Below are positions 25,391-38,475 of a stretch of DNA of 64,000 nt, one piece after another. Where the stretch lies: the NCBI RefSeq assembly GCF_000143415.4, contig NW_003314362.1:577371-641370 (forward strand). Direction: 5' to 3'. Source of the DNA: Selaginella moellendorffii. Taxonomy: Eukaryota; Plantae; Lycopodiophyta. The position numbers and the translations under genes are program-made. Positions within the stretch are counted from its first letter, which is position 1. Every line of letters begins with the position of its first letter. The notes under the pieces were generated by a model that saw only the letters and a list, made by a program, of their open reading frames with translations, did not search any database and was not told the origin of the DNA.

Positions 25391-25923
25391 ATAAACTCAT
25401 GAATTTGGACTTCCCAGGAGGTCACTTAACCCAAACTCAAGGATATATAACCCCAAAAACATTTAATCTTAAGTATCCCAAAACCATTAATCGAGTGAAA
25501 AAATATATAGATAGTTTTTTAAGTTGTTCTCTTTAGTTACTTATAGTATATTGTAAGTGATTAAATTTTTCATTTTAATTTAGTCATTTAACCACACTTC
25601 TAACCACTTAGAAGACTTTTACTCCCCACCTTTATAAATTTTATTTTAAACTTGGGGACTTGTTAGCCCCAAAAATGGCACCTATACTATTTAATCTTTG
25701 CCACTTGGTCCAAGTGCTCCACATGTTCAATCTTATAATCAACACCTAAAGGTATCACTAATCTATTAACTCGTTGCGTTAAGGCTGTGCTTATTCACCT
25801 TTTGTCACACTAGTGGTCTAACACCACCTACATCATAATCCCATCTCTCCAAAATCAGGCCATTTGTACTAAATCTCTTTCTATCCATGGCCATGTTTAC
25901 CAACATTGCCATTGAGTCAAGGC

Positions 25924-28900
25924 TGTGAGACACAAAATCCCTAGGCCCCAAAGTGGAGCCGAAAGGGTGCCACGTGGTAGTGGCCGAAGCGAAAGCCAAA
26001 CAAGTGTAACACGTTTGGACTAAAAGCTCCGACTTGAAAAGGTCGAGAGTGGGAGTGGAACTCTCAACGAAGTGCTCGAGGAATGAGCACGAAGCGAGCA
26101 ATAAGCGAGGCTCCAAAAAGGGACCTAAAAGGACCAACTCATGACACATGGAAGTGTCCAAGATGGACCCAAGATGGACCCGAGTTGGAGTCCGAAGTGG
26201 AGTCTGAGAAGGACCCCGAGATGGAGTCCGAGGTGGACCCGAGATGGACCCAAGTTAGAGTCTGAAGTGGAGTCCGAGAAGGACCCCAAGTTGGAGTCCG
26301 AAGTGGAGTCCGAAAAGGACCCCGAGTTGGAGTCCGAAGTGGAGTCCGAAGTGGACCCTGAGATGGAGCCCGAGTTGGAGTCCGAGGTGGAGTCTGAGAT
26401 GGACCCGAGTTGGAGTCCGAAGTGGAGTCTGAGAAGGACCCCGAGATGGAGTCCGAGGTGGAGTCCGAGGTGGACCCGAAATGGACCCGAGTTGGAGTCT
26501 GAAGTGGATTCCGAGAAGGCCCTTGAGATGGAGTCCGAGGTGGAGTCCGAGGTGGACCCGAGAGGGACCCGAGATGGATTCCGAGATGGACCCGAGATGG
26601 AGTCCGAGATGGAGTCCGAGATGGACCCGAGAAGGAGTCCGAGATGGAGTCCGAGATGGACCCGAGAAGGAGTCCGAGATGGACCCGAGATGGAGTCCGA
26701 GATGGACCCGAGATGGAGTCCGAGATGGAACCCGAGATGGAGTCCGAGATGGAACCGAGACCAAGACCGAGACCGAGACCGAGATCGAGTCCGAGTCCGA
26801 AACCAGGACCGAGATCGAGTCCGAGTCTGAGTTCGAGTTCGAATACTAATACAGGCAGCTGGGTGAAAGCCCAAAGAGATCATCCCCCAGGGGGGGGGGG
26901 GCTGCGGGGGGTTCCAAAAGTATAGTAGGGAGAGTGTGGGGGTTGGAGCCCAGTGGAGCCAGTTTGGCCATGAAAGGCTAGTTTGGCCCAGGAATGGCCA
27001 GTTTGGCCCAGGAAGGCCATACCCAGTGTTGGGTGATGAATTGACCACTGGGAAGTCCAAGACTAGAATGAATACGGACCGACAAGCAGGGTAGCTTGGT
27101 GAAGTGTTCAAGAGCCGGCTCTAGTTCCCCTGGGAGATCGACTGACCGATGCTCTCAGTCCAAGTGTGGGTGGCACTATCTACTTGGATACCTGGTGTGG
27201 CTCAACGGAACCTCGCTCTAAACCCATGGCTAGAGCACCCAAAGGTGAAAGGCGGGGAGAGTACCCATGAGGCCCGCGTAGGGCCATGGTGTTCCGAAAT
27301 GTTGTCCCAAAGTCCCAAACTGTGGAAAGGAAGAGGAGTAGTCCTCTGGTGTAATGACCAAGGATACAGTCGAGTGGTGAGGAAGTCCCAAAGGACCATG
27401 GGACTTAATGGTTGGGCCTGTGGGCCTCGATCCAGTGGTGTTGGCGAACACGGCCATGGGCAGAAAGGGACTTGGTGAAGACTAGAAAAGGGATATTGAG
27501 GAAGGCTATTCCCCATGTCTGTGGGCATCCTAAGGATGCTAAGGAGTGGATCTGGAATGATCACTCATGGACGGATGGCCCAGTCCTTAAGAGATGGGAC
27601 TGTGATGCAGGTGGTGTTAGACCACCAGTGTGACCAAGGTAAAGGGGCATGGCCTTAGCGTAACGGGCTGATATATGGGTGGTATCTTGGGGTGTCGGTT
27701 ATGGGATCGGACATGTGGAGCACTTGGATCAAGTGCAAAGGTTGAGTGGCGGGGATGCCATTCTCAGGGCTAGCAAGCCCAAGTCTGAAATAGGACTTAT
27801 GGAGGTTGTGAGTGAGACTCCTTTAGGTGGTTGGAGGTGTGGTTAAGTGACTAAAGTAGAATGGAAAATTTAGTCGCTTACAACTTGGTATCAGAGCTGT
27901 TCCTTAGTTCGACTTTTATTGGTGCTGAAGTATATCACCACTAGTGTTGGCATCGGAAGGTCCTAGGAGTGGGCTTGTCCTTGAGGAGTAGCAAGTCAGG
28001 AAGACATGGCTCTCCACTATAGTTCACGGGTGAACTTGTAGGCAAGGTGGTGGATAGAAAAGGGCCAATGATGGAACGACTTTGGGATCTTGGGAACAGT
28101 GTAAGGCTTTCCTCATTGAGTGAGGATGTGATCCAAATGAGCGTTTGATGTAGCAAATGGGCTAACATAGTTGTGGTAAACAACTATAGTTAGGATCACG
28201 GGAAAGATGCAGACTCCAAAACAATAAAGGAGTCACAAGATTACCTTTATATAGTTGAGGTTGGTGCTCATAACTTTGAGACCGGAATTATTGACCATGG
28301 GAGGTCAAATACGGAAGAGGACACAAGTCCTTGAAATGGTAGTTGGGGCTACCTCTAATAAATGCAGGAACAACCCAACGGATTGGGGGTGTACTTAGAG
28401 GATGAGTTACTATTCTCATCACATGGACAAGTGGTCCTAAGGGGCAAAAGGTTGCCCCAGAGAACAAAATCAAGTGTCGATGTAACACTTGCAAAGATGG
28501 TCCTTGTGAGTAGGACATGAATACAAAAAGTTGTATTCTAGTGAGCTAGCACCTCGAAGACTAAGACCTCGCAGGTTGTTAGATTAGTAAAGTCTAAAAT
28601 GCTGGATGACTCAAGTGGAGTCAGGGAATGGTCCTAAGGGATTGGTTGAAGCATTTAGACTGAGGTGTGTGGTGCCCCACGAAGTATGGGGAGGATCTTG
28701 AGATCCAAGCATGAAAGCAGTATGTATCTCATTGATAGCAGAAAGAGCCATGCTAAAGTCATGGGAAAGAGTTTTCCGGAAGGAAACAACTTTGACACAA
28801 AGTTGTGCATGAACTCTATGGTGCAGTGCTAATGGATAATTGGCATAAGGGACAACCATATTGGTCTTGGCAAAAATACCTAGACACAAGTAAGAAGTGT

Positions 28901-31900
28901 CATAAAGGTAGGCTCGTGAAGCCGATGGTGTGGAGACACCAAAGGTGCCAAGGCGTGCTGCCTTGAGGTCAAGTTAGCGGGTTCATGAGAACCCCTTCCA
29001 AAGGAATCCCAATGGAAATGGGAATAGCATAGCCTAAGCTGGAAGGCATGCGGTTGGAGTGTGGTGACCCAAATAATGATGGAGATGTGGAAACACCATG
29101 CAATGAGTTGTAGGACTTGACAACTATGGGGCAACTAAGCAACAAAGATAATTGGTTAAACGGGTAAAAGATAGCTACCCAAGACTTTTTAATGGCATAA
29201 GGAAGCTAGATATACCCTTACAAGGGCTAAATTGCTTATGTTGCGATATAGTGAGTCAATGTCATAAAAGGAAATGCTCATTGTCAGGGAGACATCATTG
29301 GGACACCCAAACACTCTGGAACACCAGGAAGTGGTGTTTGGTGTCGCGAGGGCAATAGATAAGGCCCAAAGGACTAAGTCCCTAGCGAATGATGGATAGA
29401 AGGTGCTATCCAAATGTCCAAGGTTGCGGAGACGGGAGAAGACTGTCTACCCGAATTGGACAAAGCCAAAAAATTGGAATTTTGGCAAAGCTAGTGAAGG
29501 CCTATGAGCAGCAACATTAACCTCGTTGTATGGGATTATAAGGTGAGCATACCTGGATTGAGGAACCACTCCCTAGGCTATCAAGTAGATTCATCCCTAA
29601 GAATACTTGCTAAGGCATGATAGAAAGTGCAAAGCTATCTTCCTAGTCTTGAGGAGAATGACCGAAGGAAAGGTGTCAAGCCAAAAAGCAAGTAGTAAGG
29701 GGATAGAACCGAACCATAGGAATCGAAGGGCATGACCAAGGCTGGTTGTGCTAGCTGGGAATGGAGAATCAAGTGGGGGCTCGAGGGTGTTGTTGCTGGC
29801 AAATCGTGATGCCATGGAGAGTCTAAAATATGGAATTGTCTATGTTAGACTATATGGCAACTGGAAAGCTTGCAAAAAGGGAGGCCTTAGCAAGCTAAGG
29901 GACAAAGTTCCTTCAAGGTTCCCAAAGACGATTCTAGGTAGCTTAGTACCTAGAAAGGCCAAGTGTAAATGGTTTATGGAATGCACGAAATCAGAGTGGC
30001 GTAGCAGAAGCGTGGTCTTAAAGCTTGCCATGGGGCAAAGCTATCAAGGTTAGGGAAGTAGTTCCCGAGTGTTCAAAGAGAGGGCTTTGAACGAAAGTCG
30101 ATGGTCAAGGACTTTCACGCTTATGCAGGAACCATGTTACGGTGGTCGGAGGACTTACCAAGCGAGATTGGCAAGTCGGGGGAACAAATACCTTAGTTGA
30201 AGGTGACAACTTCAAAAAAGGGTGGGCTATGGGGCCAAGCATGGAGGAGTCCATGCATGATCACAGACGTGTCAAGTGAGAGGACTTGGCAGTGTGGAGG
30301 AACTAGGTTCCGAAGCTGTGATCTATAGCGCGCTTTAAATATAAGTTGGTGCACCGGCGTGGGGAATCACGCCAGGCATCCTGTGCGATGCTATCCATAG
30401 ATGCATATACGGAGGTTGGGTTCGAGTCCCGACCCTCTAGTGCAAAATGGAGCCGAAAAGGTGCCATGTGGTAGTGGCCGAAGCGAAAGCCAAACGAGCA
30501 TAACACGTTTGGACTAAAAGCTCCGACTTGAAAAGGTCGAGAGTGGGAGTGGAACTCTCAACGAAGTGCTCGAGGAATGAGCACGAAGCGAGCAATAAGT
30601 GAGGCTCCAAAAAGGGACCCAAAAGGACCAACTCATGACATATGGAAATGTCCGAGATGGACCCAAGATGGACCCGAGTTGGAGTCCGAAGTGGAGTCCG
30701 AGAAGGACCCCGAGATGGAGTCTGAGGTGGAGTCCGAAGTGGACCCGAGATGGACCCGAGTTGGAGTCCTAAGTGGAGTCCAAGAAGGACCCTGAGTTGG
30801 AGTCCGAAGTGGAGCCCGAGAAGGACCCCAAGATGGAGTCCGAGGTGGAGTCTGAAGTGGACCCGAGATGGACCCAACTTGGAGTCTGAAGTGGAGTCCG
30901 AGAAGGACCCTGAGTTGGAGTCCGAAGTGGAGTCCGAGGTGGACCCGAGATGGACCCGGGTTGGAGTCCGAAGTGGAGTCCGAGAAGGAACCCGAGATGG
31001 AGTCCGAGGTGGAGTCCGAGGTGGACCCGAGATGGACCCGAGATGGAGTCCGAGATGGACCCGAGATGGAGTTCGAGATGGACCCGAGATGGAGTCCGAG
31101 ATGGAGTCCGAGATGGACCCAAGATGGAGTCTGAGATGGAGTCCGAGATGGAACCGAGACCAAGATCGAGACCGAGACCGAGATCGAGTCTGAGTCCGAA
31201 ACCGGGACTAAGACCGAGTCCGAGTCCGAGTTCGAGTTCGAGTTCGAGTCCGAATACTAATACAGGCAGCTGGGTGAAAGCCCAAAGCGATCGTCCCCCA
31301 GGGGGGGAGGGGGCTGCGGGGGGTTCCAAAAGTATAGTAGGAGTGTGGGGGTTGGAGCCCAGTGGAGCCAGTTTGGCAAGGAAAGGCCAATTTGGCCCAG
31401 GAACGGCCAGTTTGGCCCAGGAAGGCAATACCTAGTGTTGGGTGATGAACTGACCACTGGGAAGTCCAAGACTAGAATGAATACGGACCGACAAGCGGGG
31501 TAGCTTGGTGAAGTGTTTAAGAGTCGGCTCTAGTTCCCCTGGGAGATCAACTGACCGATGCTCCCAGTCCAAGTGTGGGTGGCACTACCTACTTGAATAC
31601 CTGGTGTGGCTCAACGAAACTTCGCTCTAAGCCCATGGCTAGAGCACCCAAAGGCGAAAGGCGGGGAGAGTACCCATGGGGCCCGCGTAGGGCCACGGTG
31701 TTCCGAAATGTTTTCCCAAAGTCCCAGACTGTGGAAAGGAAGAGGAGTAGTCCTCTGGTGTAGTGACCAAGGATACAGGCGAGTGGTGAGGAAGTCCCAG
31801 AGGACCATGGGACTTAGTGGTCGGGCCTGTGGGCCTCGATCCAATGGTGTTGGCGAACACGGCTATGGGCAGAAAGGGACTTGGTGAAGACTAGAAAAGG

Positions 31901-32291
31901 GATATTGAGGAAGGCTATTCCCCATGTCTGTGGGCATCCTAAGGATGCTAAGGAGTGGATCTGGAATGATCACTCATGGACGGATGGCCCAGTCCTTAAG
32001 AGATGGGACTGTGATGCAGGTGGTGTTAGACCACCAGTGTGACCAAGGTAAAGGGGCATGGCCTTAGCGTAATGGGCTGATATATGGGTGGTATCTTGGG
32101 GTGTCGGTCATGGGATCGGACATGTGGAGCACTTGGATCAAGTGCAAAGGTTGAGTGGCGGGGATGCCATTCTCAGGGCTAGCAAGCCCAAGTCTGAAAT
32201 AGGACTTATGGAGGTTGTGAGTGAGACTCCTCTAGGTGGTTAGAGGTGTGGTTAAGTGACTAAAGTAGAATGGAAAATTTAGTCGCTTACA
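25924..32291 (+). mobile_element. LTR retrotransposon with ~1.9-kb LTRs (25924-27882 and ~30445-32291) and a decayed, deleted internal region
   Basis: TG...CA ends; PBS TGGTATCAGAGC (tRNA-iMet) at 27886-27897; TSD AAGGC at 25919-25923 and 32292-32296. The 3' LTR lacks its first ~25 bp. No intact gag/pol ORF. Confidence 0.9.
26157..26845 (+). repeat. GAGTCCGAGATGGACCC-type tandem array inside the LTR (other copies ~30650-31255, ~46070-46380, ~59230-59580)
   Basis: Imperfect 9-12 bp units (ggagtccgagat/ggacccgagat) that generate spurious ESEV/WSPR ORFs. Confidence 0.9.
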
Positions 32292-32886
32292 AAGGCCTAT
32301 CAGCCTGACTATTAAGTCCCACCGCGCTTTAAGACTTTTTGACTATGTAACCATATCCTTAGTCACTACACCAAAATATTGCTCTTTTTTCTTTCCACAG
32401 TCTAGGACTTTAGGATAACATTTTGGAACACTGAGGCCTTATGCGAGCCTCATGGAAGCTCTATTTCGTTAAAGTGGGAATTGTCATTATCCCACTTGTA
32501 AAATAAGGTTTCCAAACCTTTATATAGTATATAAATATAACAAAATTCAACTGCATTGAGGCATATGCCATTTTATTTTAAACAAGGAAATGTCTACTCA
32601 ATCACTTCTCACTGCTTCACCTCTCTCTTCTCCTTGTCATCGTCGTCCAATTTCTTTCCATCCTTTTAATATTGGCTCAGTTGCTCCGAGTCTAGGTGGA
32701 GCCCAAGTCCCCATTCAATCTTTACTTTCCCCTTATTAATAAAACAACTTTGTAGACTTCCAATAACATGCTGTAACACTTCTAGTATAATGCAAATCCT
32801 CTCAAAGAATTGTCTTTTAATATTAATACAATGGCATGGAACCCCATGCCATAATAAGTTACATTTTTAAATAAATACATGCCATC

Positions 32887-35800
32887 TCAGACTGTTATTT
32901 TTTGCCTCCAACACCTATACAATAATCTTGGAATTTCATCACTCTCCACACTATCAGGATTTAAACCCAATAGTAATGCCATCTCTTCTCTAATACGTCC
33001 ACGCTCATGTTCAGTGGTCGAAGAACCCATCCGGTTGAGCAGATTATGGAGATGCGGATAGTGCTTGGCTAGACAATATACATGCCATAAATGATGACTG
33101 GTGTCTGTCCGATCAAATGGCTTCTGATATACCGTTCCATCTGCCATTTGGTTGATTTCTGCAGCCACTTCCTGGACTGGCCGGTTCTCTATCACCATCG
33201 CTTCAAGCCGTTTTGCAAGGTCCCCCAGAACATACGGTTTCTTCTCCCTAGTTTCCATACTGCAAGAGATGGGGTGCACTGCATATGTGTGCGTGTTCGC
33301 TGCAGTTTTAATCGGCGAGTCATCGATGATGAGGATTTCACTTGACCTAGCAGTCCGGTTCATCACTACAGCCTCTGCCTTGACGAAGATGGGCTTGCTA
33401 CCCCTCACATGGACCATAGTCAAGCAATCCTCCTGCGTTAGGAGAAAGTCAAATGGTAATATTACTCGCGTCTGATCGTGCATCATCTGTAGCAACGTTA
33501 ATGCATTGTGGCGCATCATGGATGTCCAAACTCCCAATTGCAAATTGAACCCGGCCCTCTGTTTTAAGTGTCGCATGGTCATTATTAGATCCCGCAGTTT
33601 CTCCCGTGTGATTAATGTGAATCTGTCTCTTTTGACCAACTTGCGACCGCAGGCTTTGGAGGGTGCAGTGACATTCGAGGACGAGCCACGCTCATGGGAG
33701 AAAAGGACATTGTTCAGATAAAAAACGATACAGTACTTTCGCCGTGACTCTGAAATGAAATGCGTTAGCATAAAAAATGGTACAAGTCAATTTTACCATC
33801 TACAATATTAGCGAATGGTGCTCCCGATGGTCGTTGAGAGGGTTTTGGTCGAGGAAACGTGAAGGGCGGAAATACTCTCCTCTGCAATGTGGGGTCAATC
33901 GCATCCGATGGCGTGTGGGCACATGCCATTTCAGCTGTAGACTCTGGTACAACTGGCTCAACAGTGGCATGGGGTGGTTCCGATGGCGTGTGATCACACG
34001 CCATTTCAGCTGGTGCCTCCGTTGGCAAAGTGGACATGACCGAACAGGCAGCAGGGGCGGTGTAGGGAGGTTCCAATGGCGCGTAGTCAGACGATTGGGC
34101 ACACGTTGGAAATGAGGATACGACCAGCTCGGCGGCTGGGGCGGCCTCATGTGGGTCCAATGGCGCCTGGTCACCGTCAGTTGGATACGTGGACAAGATT
34201 GACTTAGTGGTATGGGCAGCATCAAGTGGAGCGTGGTCAGCTTACTTGGCGTTGATATGGATAGTAGCCTCCACCAGCTCTGATGACTCTTGCAGGCAAG
34301 TAGAGTCCACTGGCGGATCCATATGCATGTCCAAATATCTCCCTTCGATTGAGATGGTATCCTCCCGTGCTACTAAAAACAAACTCATTAGCACATTGAA
34401 TCGACTATACTGTATTTACCATCAACTGCTATTGAGGAACTAGGACCGATATCACTTGGGCGCACTGCTGATTCTGAAGGATTGGACATACGTTTCGACC
34501 CTTGCTTGGCACTATCCTTCCTCGACACTAAAGGCTAGAGTTTGTATCTTAATTCAACTGAATAATCTCTACTTACCATTTCTTCTGCGACCTACATGGA
34601 CAATGTTAGAAATGGTAAAAGGTTAGGAATGGATGTACTATTATTTACCTGATGGTTTGTCTTGTATGACCTTCCTCCGCTGCTCTTTGGCCACCTCAGG
34701 CTGGCCATCATCGTCATCATCGTTATCGTCGTTATTGTGATCGTCACCATTGTGAGGACCATCCAAGTCCTCTTCGTCCTCCTCTTCTTCGTCCTCCTCT
34801 TCTTTGTCCTCCTCTTCGTCCTTCTGCTCTTCCTGCTCATTATCTTTCTCTGGCTCCTCATCCCCCTCTTGCATTTCTTCCATAGGCTGCTCAGGCTGGA
34901 TTGCTTGTTTTTCCAGGACCATCTTGGAAAAATCATCTGGCCGAGTCTCCATCTCAAAATACAAGACATCCATAGCCTGTTTTAGTGCGTGACCTAGGAC
35001 CGTATCCTCACCCGACTGTCTTAACATGGTTTCTGCACGTTCTTGCACCCTTCGAAGACGACGAGATGAGAAAAACGTGGCCCTGACTTGAAAAGCATCC
35101 CTCATCCATTATACCTCTCCATTGAGATTGGGGAAGGGGAGTCCGCCATAGGAATCTGAGTCAGAAGGTGGTGACTGGCTCCTTTCACTCAGCCCTTGAT
35201 CTGCAATGAATGGCATGAGCACACACGCCATAACCGCGAGGCATTACCTATCATCTTTTCGTTGCCCTTCTTCCTTTTCGAATCAAACGCCTCTGATCCC
35301 GACGACTGTCCAACGTGCTTTCGTTTTTTATGACCACTGTCAGTTTGAGCTTGGCTGGTGCTTGCCTGTTTTGCCTTTGAAGAAGTGTCTCCTGCAAGGA
35401 ATGGCATGAGACCACACGCCATTGCAAATATAATTTGTACCTCCTTTTTTCCTATTGCTTGTCTGTTTGTCCTTCTTCGACGCGCCACCAGTGCGCTTTT
35501 CAGTCCTCGTGTCTGAATATTCACAACGATCTATAATCAAAATGGCGTGAGGCCTCACGTGACCTTACCTTGTGCAGGTTGTGACCTCGGCCTAACATCA
35601 GTAGCTGTTAACGCCGTTTCAGCATCTGGGGGTGGCCACGCTCCTGCATACAGAGCTTGTGAGATAACATTTAAACTTAAAGTGCGTACTCACCAGGTTC
35701 GCAGAGAAGATACTGTTTTTCTTTGGCAACTGTAATTATATGCTCCATTGAAGTCACCTCTTCAATGGAGTTTGTCACCGCAACACACGGGACACCCTTG

Positions 35801-38475
35801 AGTAGTGCGGCTCGAAAGAATAGTCCGCCGCAGTTGTACTCGACAACGCATTTGCCCTTGGAGTCACCCGCTATTGCGTTGAAGACCCAGCTGAGCATTT
35901 CCCATGCTGCACCTGGAGCTTTCTTTGGATTCGAAAGCTCCATAGCCATCTTCAGTTCCTCAGGCACGGGTAAATTGACCTCCCTCAGATCAATTCGATC
36001 GGCTTTGTTGAACGAAGCTGGGAAGTCACTCCAGTCCCACTCTGCTGCAGGACCAATAACAAGGGCGACTGTGAAGATGCGGACATTCGTCGGTATCTTC
36101 TTCTTAGCCATTATCCCATGGATCTCCCGCATCTCCTTGCCTTTCAACCGAGCCTTCACCTCGTTCAAGGCCTTCCAGAACTTGTGATAGGATTCGGAGT
36201 CGTAGATCATATAGTGGACTGAAGATTCCACCTCCGCAAGTCCCACCATTAAGTCAATGATGGAGCTGACTTCGTCTGCATGAGTGATCTCCTCGTTTGT
36301 GAAGTCCATCACACAAAAGATGTTCTTGACCTGCTCATCTCCGCGGGAAACGATGCTCCTCCACCTTTGATCCTCATCCGAATTCACGTATACCCGGTAA
36401 GGTTCTCGATAGGCCTCTGCTGTGGGGTCGAGCTGTTTCTGAAGCCGGCGGTCGACATCCCTCTTAATGAAATTTGGATACTGATCCAACTTCTCAGCTT
36501 TACTTTTCGTGGCATCCCGCAGCAGATCGATGAACTTGGGGGCCCCCTTCACGTACTCGTCGATGTCTTCATTTGACAAGTCCAGCTCTTCCATCATCTC
36601 TTGCATGGTGTCGATGCTCACCCTCGCCACGGCCACTTGCTCGAAGATCCAATCCTTCAATAGCGCACGAGCTCTCAGAGTCGTGCACAAGTCCTCGTAT
36701 GTCACAATATGGCCGGGAGTCATTTTGGTCTTGTTGAAGACTACCTCACCACGTAGAAGAGCATTAGCCACTGTCAGAAGGTCGTCGTCGTCTAGAGACC
36801 GCGAGAAACGCAAGGCGTTGAGCTTCAAATCATTGGGCTTCCGGCCGTCCTCCACACCCATTGAGTTTAGCAACTCCCCGTCATGGTACCTCCTTAGCAC
36901 ATCTACCCATTTGTCAAAAACAACTTTTGTCGCGAGTAGAATGTTATGGATGCTGAGTGTGTCATTGACCCCCAGTGTTTTCGAGAGAAGACTCGAAAAT
37001 TCCTGCAATGGAAATGGCGTGAGGCCACATGCTATGCCACATGCAACGAGGCTTACCTGCCAGGCGCTAGTTGCTAGTGCACGTCCTTGTCCTGGTTTTT
37101 GTGGCTTCTTCAGTTGAACCCAGAGCTTCCGTGTTTGTGCCAATGTCTCGTGCAGACCTGATTTGTAGCACGTTTCTTGCTTGACATTCTGCGCGTGGGA
37201 GATGTATATGATAGATCGGAGGGGCGAGTTGCCTTTTATCAGGCGGACAACTCTTGTCTTGAAGACTTTCTTCACCTCCTCGCCCACCATAATATCCACA
37301 ACTATCTGTTGCATCGCCAAGCTAGAATGCTGCCCGGAGACGGCATAGAACCGGACGTTCTGATCGTCCAACACCTTCCTATTGATCAAGTCTGGAAACC
37401 TCGTCTCGCCCTTCATTGTTCGGTAGTAGGGGATCACGTCTGCGATGTCGGGTGTTACTGGACTTGCCAGCATCTTCTGCTTCAGTTTCTCCACCCACTC
37501 ATCAGATACTAGCCTGTGGTTGTATTTGCTTTGGATCTCGATACGGCTCACGTCGATTGTATATACTTTGTTGGAATAGTAACAAGTACTATTATCTGCG
37601 ACGATTTTTGCTGCCTCTTCTTGCTCTTTCTGCTCTTTGCGGCTCTTCTTTTTGGTGGGTGTAGTGTTCGAACCCGAGGCAATGGCATCACCGAGTAGCT
37701 TCTTTTTTGGAGCAGCAGAGTCGGACGTCGGCTTGAGCTTGACCACCCTTTTCTGCTTCGGGGTAGTTTCCAGATCGACCCCCTTCCCCTTCGCTTCGCA
37801 AACTGGAGGCACTCTCAACGGCTCAATGTTGGAATATAGTTTTTGAACATCGCCGTAGGTGAGGTCCGTGGATTCCATGTGATCTTCATAGACCCGCAGC
37901 GTCTTTGAAATTGTGGGCCTCCTGGACAACCTCTCCCTAGCTCCCTCTAGGAATTCCTCATAGCCGCTGCCCCCCTCCGGGAAGCCGCTAGGATGTGCAA
38001 GGTGGATCTTGAAGGCGGACGCTGTCTCTACCACAAGTGCCAGTCCATATTCTTGCATGGAACTGCATGGAGTGTCTGTCACTTGGATGAGGATCCCCAT
38101 GCATTCTTTTCTCCCACCATCTGTGTTGTACAGCATCAGATCCTCGCCTTCCATCCCGAAAGTCCAACTGGTGAGCTCCTCCCCCTTCTCTGCATCCACA
38201 TTGACAGTGGCTGGAAGAAGAACGCAATTCCTCGCTTGTTCAAAAATGCACAACAATTAGAGCTGACAGATGAAAAGCTAGCAGCTGGAAATAACGTGAG
38301 GCCACACGCCATTCACCACTGCATCAGATGTCTTGAGGCTGCATCCTAAGATGGCGTGAGGCTACACGCCATCTATAACCGGATTGCACTCGAGAGCCCA
38401 ATCGGTGCATGCCAATGTTGCTACTGAATGGCATGTGGCCTCATGCCATTTTCTACTTGGCCTAAAAGACTTACC
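32887..38475 (-). pseudogene. Transposon cargo gene, multi-exon: ParB-like domain, degenerate beta-class amino-MTase-like domain, basic/acidic linker, FCP1/NIF HAD-like domain; two premature TAA
   Basis: The ORFs 35677..38256, 35340..35558, 35189..35524, 34641..35105, 33765..34196 and 32887..33771 join in frame through GT-AG introns (37056-37003, 35693-35644, 35568-35513, 35440-35392, 35247-35201 and further phase-1 introns). In-frame TAA at 35109-35111 and 34242-34244. The 5' exon and 3' end are uncertain. Confidence 0.75.

Noticed and set aside
26157-26845. CRISPR-like appearance of the periodic repeats
   Set aside because: No unique spacers, no cas genes, and the context is a eukaryotic LTR.
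26125-31435. Long ORFs rich in ESEV/WSPR/SDSIS/HLGL
   Set aside because: They are translations of the LTR tandem array, open in several frames on both strands.
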